Of a stretch of 64,000 bases of DNA, positions 51,523-62,074 are shown in pieces. The notes below the pieces were generated by a model, which was not told the origin of the DNA, did no database searches, and saw only the letters and a list, made by a program, of their open reading frames with translations. This DNA comes from an uncultured Candidatus Rokubacteria bacterium (lineage in GTDB: Bacteria > Methylomirabilota > Methylomirabilia > Rokubacteriales > CSP1-6). Numbering within the stretch: the stretch's first letter is position 1; each line of letters starts with the position of its first letter. A program made the translations under genes and the position numbers. The DNA is taken from assembly GCA_963789955.1 (NCBI GenBank), contig CAWBMV010000012.1:442239-506238 (forward strand). Reading direction: 5' to 3'.

Positions 51523-52147
51523 AACGCGCGACAACGCTTTCCTCAACGTTCCGTATGATCGACGCTACGAGCGCCTGTACCTTGCCTTCATCGCCGGCCT
51601 GAGCGCCTTCGGCCTTGCGCCGCGCGCGACTGTCGAGCTGGCCGGGAGCCAGCGACGGTTGGAGCGCATAGTCCGTCTGCTGCGGTCCTGTCGCTATTCG
51701 TTCCACGATCTCTCCCGCGTCAGCCTGGATCGCAGCCCACCGCCGACGCCGAGATTCAACATGCCGTTCGAGCTGGGCCTGGCAGTGAGTCCTAGGCAGA
51801 GCCGCGCGCACGAATGGTTTGTGTTCGAGGAGCGGCGTCACCGGCTCGTGAAGTCGTTGAGCGACCTCAACGGGACGGATCCACACATTCATGACGGCAA
51901 ACCGGAGGGAGTTCTGCGCGTCTTGACGAATGCTCTGGTCCGACGAAGGCATCGTCCCACCGCTGCCGAGCTCAGCGCCGTCTACCAGGATCTGCGTCGC
52001 GCGGCGATGACGATTAGGCGGGATCTGCGGACAGCGAGCCTCTTCGAGGCGCGCTCCTTCGACGAGCTCGTAGTAGCGGGCCGCATCAGTGTGGAAAGGC
52101 GCATCCCGTCGTTGAGTCGCCGCCGGCGTCGGCGCGGGAGGCGATAG
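51461..52147 (+). CDS. TIR / nucleoside 2-deoxyribosyltransferase-like protein
   Basis: AFLNVPYD, SFHDLSRV, PRFNMPFELGLA and SLSDLNGTD. Confidence 0.6.
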   Translation: MPEGGAPPERRRRPRLRAGAETRDNAFLNVPYDRRYERLYLAFIAGLSAFGLAPRATVELAGSQRRLERIVRLLRSCRYSFHDLSRVSLDRSPPPTPRFNMPFELGLAVSPRQSRAHEWFVFEERRHRLVKSLSDLNGTDPHIHDGKPEGVLRVLTNALVRRRHRPTAAELSAVYQDLRRAAMTIRRDLRTASLFEARSFDELVVAGRISVERRIPSLSRRRRRRGRR

Positions 52148-52176
52148 GCTCCGGAGCCCCGCTACCGGCCGCGGGA

Positions 52177-52281
52177 CAGATGAGCTAGTCTTTCCTCCCG
52201 AGATTCACAAGGAGGAGAACACATGGGCAGACGACGACGAAGGTGTTTCCGATCAATCCGGGCGATCGGCTCGAGTTCTAG
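52177..52281 (+). pseudogene. Internally deleted paralog of the 59869-60742 hydrolase
   Basis: 19-nt upstream identity with 59824-59842, then RBS and ATG, then 53/57 nt identity with 60686-60742. Confidence 0.8.
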
Positions 52282-52290
52282 ATCGCGGCG

Positions 52291-55200
52291 TCAGCCACGA
52301 GCCAGATCCTCGAGCTCGCGGATCGACGACGCGGATTCCAGGCCGGCACGCAGCCCAGGATCGTTCGTTCGGCCGCGAAGCGCCGTGACGATCTTCCACG
52401 CCGCCTGATACGAGCGGCGCGCGTCGTCACGGCGCCCTTCGGCAGCGCGGAGTCGGCCCAGCGCCAGCCAGCTCAACCATTGCTGGCGCGGATGGCGGAT
52501 GGATTCGGCGATCTCGACCGCGCGTCCGAGTGAGTCCTGGGCCTCTTCCCAGGCCCGCCGCCGGGTCGCGCTCTCGCCCTTGATTCTCCAGGCCCAGCTC
52601 TCAAATTGGCGGGATGCCGTCGGGGTGGCGATCTCGAGACTCTGATCGGCAAAGCGCCGCGCCCGATCGGCGTCGCCCCGCTGCAGCGCGAGCTGGCCGA
52701 GGCCCGCATAGCAATGCGTGGAGTAGCGCCAGGTCATCCAGCGTGAGGACGGTGGATGCTGGACGGTGTGCAGCGACTCGTCGAGCGCCTGCGCGGCCGC
52801 GGCGTAGTCACCCTGGGCCATGAACGCCTCGGCCTCGTTGTTGCGGATGAACGCCCGGCGCTCTGCCCCGGTGCCGTGGCCGGCGCGCGACGAGCGACCC
52901 GTGAGCTCGTACGATCTCTCGGAGAACGCGATCCCTTCGCCGTAGTCTTCGCATCCGATGCGCACCCATCCGATCGTGTTGAGGTAGCGCGCGCCGTAGG
53001 CGTCATCGCCGATCTTCTCGGCGAGGGCGAGCCCGTCGACGAACTCGGCGAGCGCCCGATCATATTCTCCGAGATTGTTCAACGCGAGGGCGTGAGTCCA
53101 GAGACTCCGGAGGAGGGGAACGCCGAGATGATGTGCGCGCGAGAGCCGGACGCCGTCCTCCGCGAGACGCAGACCTTCATCGTATCGTCCTTGCCAGCTC
53201 TCCCTGAGCGAGAGCAGGTGCAGGGTCAACGCCTGTAGGTTCGGGTCGGCGACGGCTCGTCCGATCTCGAGCGCCCGTCGGAAATCCACCGCGGCCTCGT
53301 CGAGAGCCGCATTGAGTGCATGGAGGTAGCCGCGGATATACAGGGCGCCGCCGAGCTCGGCCTTCGCGCCCACGGCTTCCGCGAGCGTGAGCGCCTGGTT
53401 CACGCGCGTTTTGGCCGAGGGGAACTCCTCGAGCCACTGATCGGCTTGAGCCGCCTGTACGAGCGCCCCTGCCTCCGCGGTCCGATCCTCCGAACGCCGG
53501 GCCAGATCGACGAGCAGCTCAGCCTCCGTGCGCGAGCGGTTGAATTCTCCAACCCCGAAGAAGAGGTCGGCGCGCGCCCGGTGGATCATCATGACGGTGG
53601 CGACGGGAACCTGGTCGCCGAGCCGTCGCGCCGCGGCCAGCGCCTCGCCGTAGAGCTCCAGCGCCTGGCGCAGGCCGAATGCCTGGGCCGCCTTCTGCGC
53701 CGCCTTCACGAGGTAGTCGAGCGCACGCGACCAGTCCTCGGCCTTCGAGAAGTGGTGTGCGAGGACTTCGTAATGCTCGGCGAGCCGATCGGGGTAGAGC
53801 TCCTCGATGGCCCGGCCCACGAGGCCGTGAAGCTCGCTGCGTCGCTCGATGAGCAGCGAGCCGTAAGCCACGTCCTGCGTGAGCGCGTGCTTGAACATGT
53901 AGGCAAGCTCGGGGTAGCGCCGCCGCTCGTAAATCAGCTCGAGCACGGTCAGCTCGCGCAGGCTCTCGTCGGTGCGCTCCCGCACGTCGGCGAAGCGGTC
54001 GACGAGCCGGCGAGTGAACTCTCGGCCGACCACCGCCGCCACCTGTAGCGCCCTCTTGGGCGGCTCGGCAAGACGGTCGATGCGGGCGGCGATCACGTCG
54101 TGGATGCTGCCGGGGACGGCCAGCGTAGCCGTCGGGCTCGACAGGACCAGCCGGCCCTCGAGACGCCGCAGGGTGCCGTCCTCTTCCAGCGACTTCACCA
54201 GCTCCTCGACGTAGAACGGGTTGCCCTCGGCTTTGTCGTCGATCACGCGACGCAGCTCTTCCGGGAGTGTGTTGGCGTCGAGGACGGCGGCGGCCATGCG
54301 CGCGCTGTCGTCGGCAGAGAGCGTGCCCGGCACGACGCGGGTGAAATAGCTGCGCTCGCCGAACGGATTCGCGTAGCCCGGCCGATAGGTGAACACGAGG
54401 AGCACGCGCAGCGCCGGCACGCTGTCGACCAGCGAGACCAGAAAGTGCTCGCTCGCCTCGTCGATCCAGTGCAGATCTTCGATGACGACCACCTGGGGCC
54501 GCTGCTCGGCGGCGCGAACCAGCAGGCGCCGGATCGCCTCCAGCGTTTCGCCCCTCCGCTGGGCCGGGCTCATGCCGCGCACCTCGGCGTCGCCGGGATC
54601 GACCGACAGCAGCGCGCGCAGATACGGCGACGCAGTCAGTAGATCGTCACTGATGTCACGCAGGCCGTGCTCGATCTTCGCGGCGATCGCCGCGTCGTCG
54701 TCGCTCTCCTCGATGGCGAATCGCCGGCGGATCAGATCGACGAGAGGATGAAACGCCATCGCACGGCCGAAGGAGAGACAGTGGCCCTCCTGCCACGCGA
54801 CGCTCTCGCCCACGCGCTGTCGCAGCTCGAGCAGCAGCCGGGATTTGCCGATCCCGGGCTCGCCGACGACGAAGGCGACCTGTCCCTTGCCGGCCCGCGC
54901 GCTCGCGAAGGCGTCGAGCAGCAACCCGAGCTCGCGCTCTCGCCCGACGAACGGTGTGAGCCCGCGCGTGGTCTCGAGCTCGAGCCGCGAACGCGCCTCG
55001 CGCGCCGCGAGCACTTCCCAGGCGACGACGGGCTCCTCACGGTTCTTGAGGTGCATCGCGCCGATCGAGCGTGTGTCGAAGTAGCCCTGCACCAGGCGGT
55101 GGGTGGCGTCGGAGATCGTCACGCGGCCGGGCTCGGCGGCCTGCTGCAGGCGAGCGGCGACGTTCGTGGTATCGCCGATCGCCGTGTAGTCCATGCGCAG

Positions 55201-55797
55201 GTCGCCCCCGATGCTGCCGACGACGACGAGCCCCGTGTTCAGGCCCTGCCGCGCGCGGAACGTGATGCCGCGCGGAGCGAGCTCGCCTCGATACTCGTCG
55301 AGGACGCGCGCGATGCCGAGCGCCGCGTGGACGGCCCGCCGCGCATGATCCTCGTGGGCGATGGGCGCGCCGAACAGCGCCATGATGCCGTCGCCCAGGA
55401 ACTGGTTGACGGTGCCTTCGTAGCGGTGGACCTCGGCCAGCATGAGGTCGAAGGCCCGCCGCATGAGCCGGTGGACCTCTTCGGGATCGAGCCGCTCCGA
55501 AAGCGAGGTGAACCCGGAGACGTCGACGAACAGCACGGTGACCTGCTTGCGCTCGCCCTCGAGCGCCGCCTTCGAAGTCAGGATCTTCTCGGCCAGGTGC
55601 TTGGGCGTGTAGGACTCGGGAGCGGCGAAGCGCGGCTGAGCCGGCGTTTCGAGCGATGTCGCGCACTGCCCGCAGAATTTGTTTCCAACCGGGTTGCTAG
55701 CTCCGCACGACGGGCATACGGCGGCGAGCGGGGCGCCGCACTGCCCGCAGAATCTGGTTCCGGCGGGATTTTCTGCTTGGCACTGAGAACACTTCAC
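52291..55797 (-). CDS. Class III adenylate/guanylate cyclase with double zinc ribbon, AAA ATPase and TPR domains
   Basis: Four CxxC pairs; ERKQVTVLFVDVSGFT, FLGDGIMALFGAP, GDTTNVAARLQ and GEPGIGKSRL; GTG 55797. Confidence 0.92.
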   Translation of the reverse strand: MKCSQCQAENPAGTRFCGQCGAPLAAVCPSCGASNPVGNKFCGQCATSLETPAQPRFAAPESYTPKHLAEKILTSKAALEGERKQVTVLFVDVSGFTSLSERLDPEEVHRLMRRAFDLMLAEVHRYEGTVNQFLGDGIMALFGAPIAHEDHARRAVHAALGIARVLDEYRGELAPRGITFRARQGLNTGLVVVGSIGGDLRMDYTAIGDTTNVAARLQQAAEPGRVTISDATHRLVQGYFDTRSIGAMHLKNREEPVVAWEVLAAREARSRLELETTRGLTPFVGRERELGLLLDAFASARAGKGQVAFVVGEPGIGKSRLLLELRQRVGESVAWQEGHCLSFGRAMAFHPLVDLIRRRFAIEESDDDAAIAAKIEHGLRDISDDLLTASPYLRALLSVDPGDAEVRGMSPAQRRGETLEAIRRLLVRAAEQRPQVVVIEDLHWIDEASEHFLVSLVDSVPALRVLLVFTYRPGYANPFGERSYFTRVVPGTLSADDSARMAAAVLDANTLPEELRRVIDDKAEGNPFYVEELVKSLEEDGTLRRLEGRLVLSSPTATLAVPGSIHDVIAARIDRLAEPPKRALQVAAVVGREFTRRLVDRFADVRERTDESLRELTVLELIYERRRYPELAYMFKHALTQDVAYGSLLIERRSELHGLVGRAIEELYPDRLAEHYEVLAHHFSKAEDWSRALDYLVKAAQKAAQAFGLRQALELYGEALAAARRLGDQVPVATVMMIHRARADLFFGVGEFNRSRTEAELLVDLARRSEDRTAEAGALVQAAQADQWLEEFPSAKTRVNQALTLAEAVGAKAELGGALYIRGYLHALNAALDEAAVDFRRALEIGRAVADPNLQALTLHLLSLRESWQGRYDEGLRLAEDGVRLSRAHHLGVPLLRSLWTHALALNNLGEYDRALAEFVDGLALAEKIGDDAYGARYLNTIGWVRIGCEDYGEGIAFSERSYELTGRSSRAGHGTGAERRAFIRNNEAEAFMAQGDYAAAAQALDESLHTVQHPPSSRWMTWRYSTHCYAGLGQLALQRGDADRARRFADQSLEIATPTASRQFESWAWRIKGESATRRRAWEEAQDSLGRAVEIAESIRHPRQQWLSWLALGRLRAAEGRRDDARRSYQAAWKIVTALRGRTNDPGLRAGLESASSIRELEDLARG

Positions 55798-55998
55798 GCG
55801 CGAGCCTCCAAGGGGCCGGCGGGCTGGGAACGGTGGGCTGAGGGTAAGTGTCGGGGCTCGCGCGGTCAAGGAGACTGCGAGCAAAGTGATCCCTTATCGC
55901 TAGCGGTTACTGAGAAGCGCTTGACAGCGGACCCGCCATTAGGTACACCGCAGCCACTGACGTTCGCTCTCTCCGATAGCCAGAATTCGAGGTGGGCA

Positions 55999-58673
<2,675 letters not shown>

Positions 58674-58683
58674 TCTCGAACAG

Positions 58684-58725
58684 CCTCGACGTGGCATCGG
58701 GTCATCCCCGGCCACGTCGAGGTTT
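58684..58725 (+). terminator. Intrinsic terminator-like hairpin after katG
   Basis: CCTCGACGTGGC...GCCACGTCGAGG followed by TTT. Confidence 0.6.
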
Positions 58726-58731
58726 CGCGGG

Positions 58732-58782
58732 TCACTCGATCACCTCGTCGGCTCGCGATAGCAGCGACGGTGGGATCGTGAG
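58732..58782 (-). pseudogene. C-terminal remnant of an ABC substrate-binding protein
   Basis: Minus strand reads LTIPPSLLSRADEVIE-stop, the typical end of the ABC_sub_bind family; rest of the gene is absent. Confidence 0.65.
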
Positions 58783-58804
58783 TCTTCGGTGCTGGTTGGA
58801 TTTA

Positions 58805-58836
58805 GCGCGTGGAAGTTCCGGGGGCAGATGAGCTAG
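58805..58836 (+). repeat. 32-bp direct repeat, left copy
   Basis: GCGCGTGGAAGTTCCGGGGGCAGATGAGCTAG. Confidence 0.9.
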
Positions 58837-58906
58837 AGACGACGAAAGAGGGCGTAGTCGTTGGGGCTCGGTGGGCAGCGTACGTCAGCGCGCCTACCTG
58901 GAGAAA

Positions 58907-59146
58907 TCAGGCGACGTTCTGCATCTTGTTGGCGAAGTCTCGCCCCGATGTCGGAGGCGGCAATGGCCTGCCCTCGTGGCGATACAGCTCGATTGCGTCC
59001 TCGACAATGCGACACAGCTCGTCGAATACGATCTTCTCGTCGTCACCGTGACAGCCGCCAAAGATCAAGCCGGGAGAACTGCCGACATAGCAGCGATCCT
59101 CGTCGGACCACTCGACAATCTTTACGTACCGCGCGCTGTCCTTCAT
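58907..59146 (-). CDS. HicB-like antitoxin
   Basis: VEWSDEDRCYVGSSPGL..CHGDD..GRPLP; GAGGAG RBS. Confidence 0.75.
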   Translation of the reverse strand: MKDSARYVKIVEWSDEDRCYVGSSPGLIFGGCHGDDEKIVFDELCRIVEDAIELYRHEGRPLPPPTSGRDFANKMQNVA

Positions 59147-59188
59147 CTCTTTGACTCCTCGATGGCGAGCTGGACCGCGTCGACGCTG

Positions 59189-59452
59189 CTAGCCGGCGCG
59201 CCGGGAGCGACGCGTTGGGGCAGGGCGCTTTGTCAGGCTCGGGGCCGTTTTGCGCTTCCGAAGCAGTCCCCGAAGGGCCTTGTTCACGGCGCGATCATTC
59301 GGGAACGCCTTGGACAGCTCTGGATCGAGAACGATGACGTTCGTCGCCTCGGCGAGGCGTTGAGCGTACTTCCCGCGTGCCAGGCGGCCAAAGTCCGAGC
59401 GTTTGTATTCCGGTCGCAGCTCGTCAGTCGTCTTTCGGCTAGCCTTCTTCAT
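59189..59452 (-). CDS. BrnA-like antitoxin
   Basis: DELRPEY, RGKY and LDPELSKAFPNDRAVNKALR; start overlaps the toxin gene. Confidence 0.75.
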   Translation of the reverse strand: MKKASRKTTDELRPEYKRSDFGRLARGKYAQRLAEATNVIVLDPELSKAFPNDRAVNKALRGLLRKRKTAPSLTKRPAPTRRSRRAG

Positions 59453-59711
59453 AGATCTTTCTCTCGACCGGTGTCGCCGGCCTGGCAGTAATAATCCTGA
59501 TTGTATCGTCTCGGTCGGCGTGCGCGACGACCAAAAGCCGGCCACTGATCGACACACCGAAGGTGATGAACCGTTCCTCGTCCAATGAGTGGTCGGGGTC
59601 CTGGTCGGTCGCTGAGAGCGGGTCACGAAACACCGTGGCTGCTTCCTCGAACGAGACGCCATGCTTGTCGAGGTTCGCCGCCGCCTTGGCCGGATCCCAT
59701 TGGAAGCGCAA
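59439..59711 (-). CDS. BrnT-family toxin (DUF497)
   Basis: FQWDPAKAAANLDKHGVSFEEA..EERFITFG..IRIITARPAT. Confidence 0.9.
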   Translation of the reverse strand: MRFQWDPAKAAANLDKHGVSFEEAATVFRDPLSATDQDPDHSLDEERFITFGVSISGRLLVVAHADRDDTIRIITARPATPVERKIYEEG

Positions 59712-59803
59712 TCACGACTCCGGGTACTTTGACGACAATAGCGCCTGCTGTCTGGGCGTCAATTGTGGACGTTTCGATACAGCCGGTCGTACGGGCCGGG
59801 CTG

Positions 59804-59835
59804 GCGCGTGGAAGTTCCGAGGGCAGATGAGCTAG
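59804..59835 (+). repeat. 32-bp direct repeat, right copy
   Basis: GCGCGTGGAAGTTCCGAGGGCAGATGAGCTAG, 31/32 identical to the left copy. Confidence 0.9.
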
Positions 59836-59868
59836 TCTTTCCCCGTCACCAACACGAGGAGGGGGAAG

Positions 59869-60742
59869 ATATCGCCTTGCGACCGTCGCAACGTCATCAA
59901 GCTGTGTGGCGCGCTCGTCGGCGCCCTGTCCCTTGCGCTGTCAGCCCCGCTACTCCCGGCCCAGTCCGGGAAGGTCGAGGTGCTCTGGCTCGGCCAGGCG
60001 ACGTTCAAGATCACCACGCCGGGCGGCAAGGTGATCGTGATCGATCCCTTTGTGACCGGGAATCCCAAGACACCCGCCGACCTCAAGGACCTCGCCAAGC
60101 TCGGCAAGGTCGACCTGATCCTGGTCACACACGGCCACGGCGACCACGTCGGAACGGCCGGGCGCAACGACGGCGGGAGCGACCTCGTGGATCTCGCCAA
60201 GCGCAGCGGCGCCAAGGTGTTCGGGCCGGCCGGGCTCGTCCAGACTCTGATCGACCTCGGCTGGCTCACGGCCGAGCAGGGCGTGCGCTTCGGCAAGGGC
60301 GGCAAGGTGCAGCCGCTCGGGCCGCAGATCACGATCACGCAGGTGCGCGCCGAGCACTCGTCCGAGCTGACGCTGACCGATCCGGCGACGAAGAAGACGA
60401 CGACACACCCGGGCGGCGAGCCGGCCGGCTTCATCGTCCAGATGGAGAACGGGTTCAAGATCTACCACATGGGCGACACGGGGCTCTTCGGCGACATGAG
60501 GCTGATCGCCGACTACTACAAGCCCGACCTCGTCCTGATGCCGATCGGCGGCCATTTCGTGATGGACCCGCAGGACGCGGCCTACGCCACGAAGGAGCTG
60601 CTCAAGCCGAAGTTCGTCATCCCGATTCACTACGGAACGTTCCCGGTCCTCAAGGGCACGCCGCAGGAGTACATGGCGGCACTCGGGGCAGACGACGACG
60701 AAGGTGTTTCCGATCAACCCGGGGGATCGACTCGAGTTTTAG
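59869..60742 (+). CDS. UPF0173-like metal-dependent hydrolase (MBL fold) with Tat-like signal; extra G near 60686
   Basis: WLGQATF, IDPF, THGHGDH, YHMGDT, PIGGHFVM and PIHYGTFP; true end GQTTTKVFPINPGDRLEF; RBS points to ATA at 59869. Confidence 0.85.
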
Positions 60743-61947
60743 CGCACGGGGATTTCGACGGATCCACCGTCCGTAGTCACGCGGACTCGAAGAGCGACCG
60801 GAGTCGAGCGGTTGGTCGGCACAGTTCCACGATAGGTTCCCGGCTCGGTGAGGGCGCCCATCGCAATGTGCTCCACGGTGCCATCCGCCATGCGCGCGAC
60901 GAGCAGGACGCTGGCGTCCACCATCGGCCGGCCCGCGGAGTCCAGGACGCGCACGGCGTAGGAATCGCCCCATCCCCGTGATACCGGCGCGCCCACGAGC
61001 TCGGCGCGTTGCGGGTCCACGACCTGCGTAGACGTAGCTTTCGACGTCGCCGCCCCAGGCGGCGGCACGCCGGCGACCTGGCTGGACCGTGGTGGGGCAC
61101 TCGGACCCGGTCGGCGCGCGTCCTTGCCAATTCCTGCTTGCGGCGGGGCGCCGGTTTCATTGGCTGGAGCGCTCGCGCCGCGAGACGAGATGCTGGTCTC
61201 TTTGGGCGGGATGCTGGGCTCCTGGGACGCGGTGCCGGTCACTTCGGAAGGACCGTTCGTCTCGCGCGGCCTGGGAGTTAGCCTGTCGGCGTCACGCGGG
61301 GACACCGAGCTCGTGCTCGCTGATCCGCCGGCCGAGGGTGACTCGCTATCCGGGCGGGCCGGCGGAGGAGTTTCGGCGACGACGGGCGGGCCGGGCGGCC
61401 GCTCTGGTCCGCCCCGGAGCGGATTCGTCGCTACGAGATGACCCGCCAGGAACAGCACGAGCGCGATCAGCGTCACGCCGATCAATACCCCGAAGAGCGC
61501 CGGGATCAGCGTGCGTGGCCGCCGGCGCTCGAAACTGCCGATGCTCTCGAGCTCCCCGTCCTCGTTATCTACAGGGGAAAAGCGCTCGATAGGGGAAACG
61601 CGCGCGATCGGCGGCATTTCGAGCACAGGGGCAGCGCGCTCGATTATCGGCGGCAGGTCGGGACGAAGCAGAGACGGCCGAGGGCGCCAGGTCCTGTCCT
61701 CTGTCGGGTCGACGGACGCCGGGACGATAGCAAATCCATTGGCCTCGAGCGTGAGGGCGACCTGACGCTGGCGGCGTCGGTCTTCTGTCAGGCCGGCTTC
61801 CCCGGAAGACCCACCGTGACGCCGGTCGATGATGATCTCGAGAGGGTCCCCGGGGCCTAGCGACGCCTGAAGCGCCGCGATGAAGAAGTGCCCGCTCCGG
61901 AGCGGGTCGCGGGAGATGATGCACAAGCGAGCAGGCTGAACTGCCAT
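60739..61947 (-). CDS. Hypothetical membrane protein: DRR-motif N-terminus, one TM helix, Pro-rich linker, Ig/YtkA-like C-terminus
   Basis: IIIDRRHG..EDRRRQ; TM LFGVLIGVTLIALVLFLAG; AVRVLDSAGRPM..EPGTYRG; stop overlaps the hydrolase stop (TTAG). Confidence 0.6.
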   Translation of the reverse strand: MAVQPARLCIISRDPLRSGHFFIAALQASLGPGDPLEIIIDRRHGGSSGEAGLTEDRRRQRQVALTLEANGFAIVPASVDPTEDRTWRPRPSLLRPDLPPIIERAAPVLEMPPIARVSPIERFSPVDNEDGELESIGSFERRRPRTLIPALFGVLIGVTLIALVLFLAGHLVATNPLRGGPERPPGPPVVAETPPPARPDSESPSAGGSASTSSVSPRDADRLTPRPRETNGPSEVTGTASQEPSIPPKETSISSRGASAPANETGAPPQAGIGKDARRPGPSAPPRSSQVAGVPPPGAATSKATSTQVVDPQRAELVGAPVSRGWGDSYAVRVLDSAGRPMVDASVLLVARMADGTVEHIAMGALTEPGTYRGTVPTNRSTPVALRVRVTTDGGSVEIPVR

Positions 61948-62074
61948 CAGGTTTTCCGCCTCACTAAAATTGTAAGCCCGACGCAAAATCCTTCGCCATG
62001 GGTCACTCGCGAAACGAGCCCCGCAGTGTGGCACTATCAAGACCTCGCAACTGAGAGACGGAATCCCCAAAACG

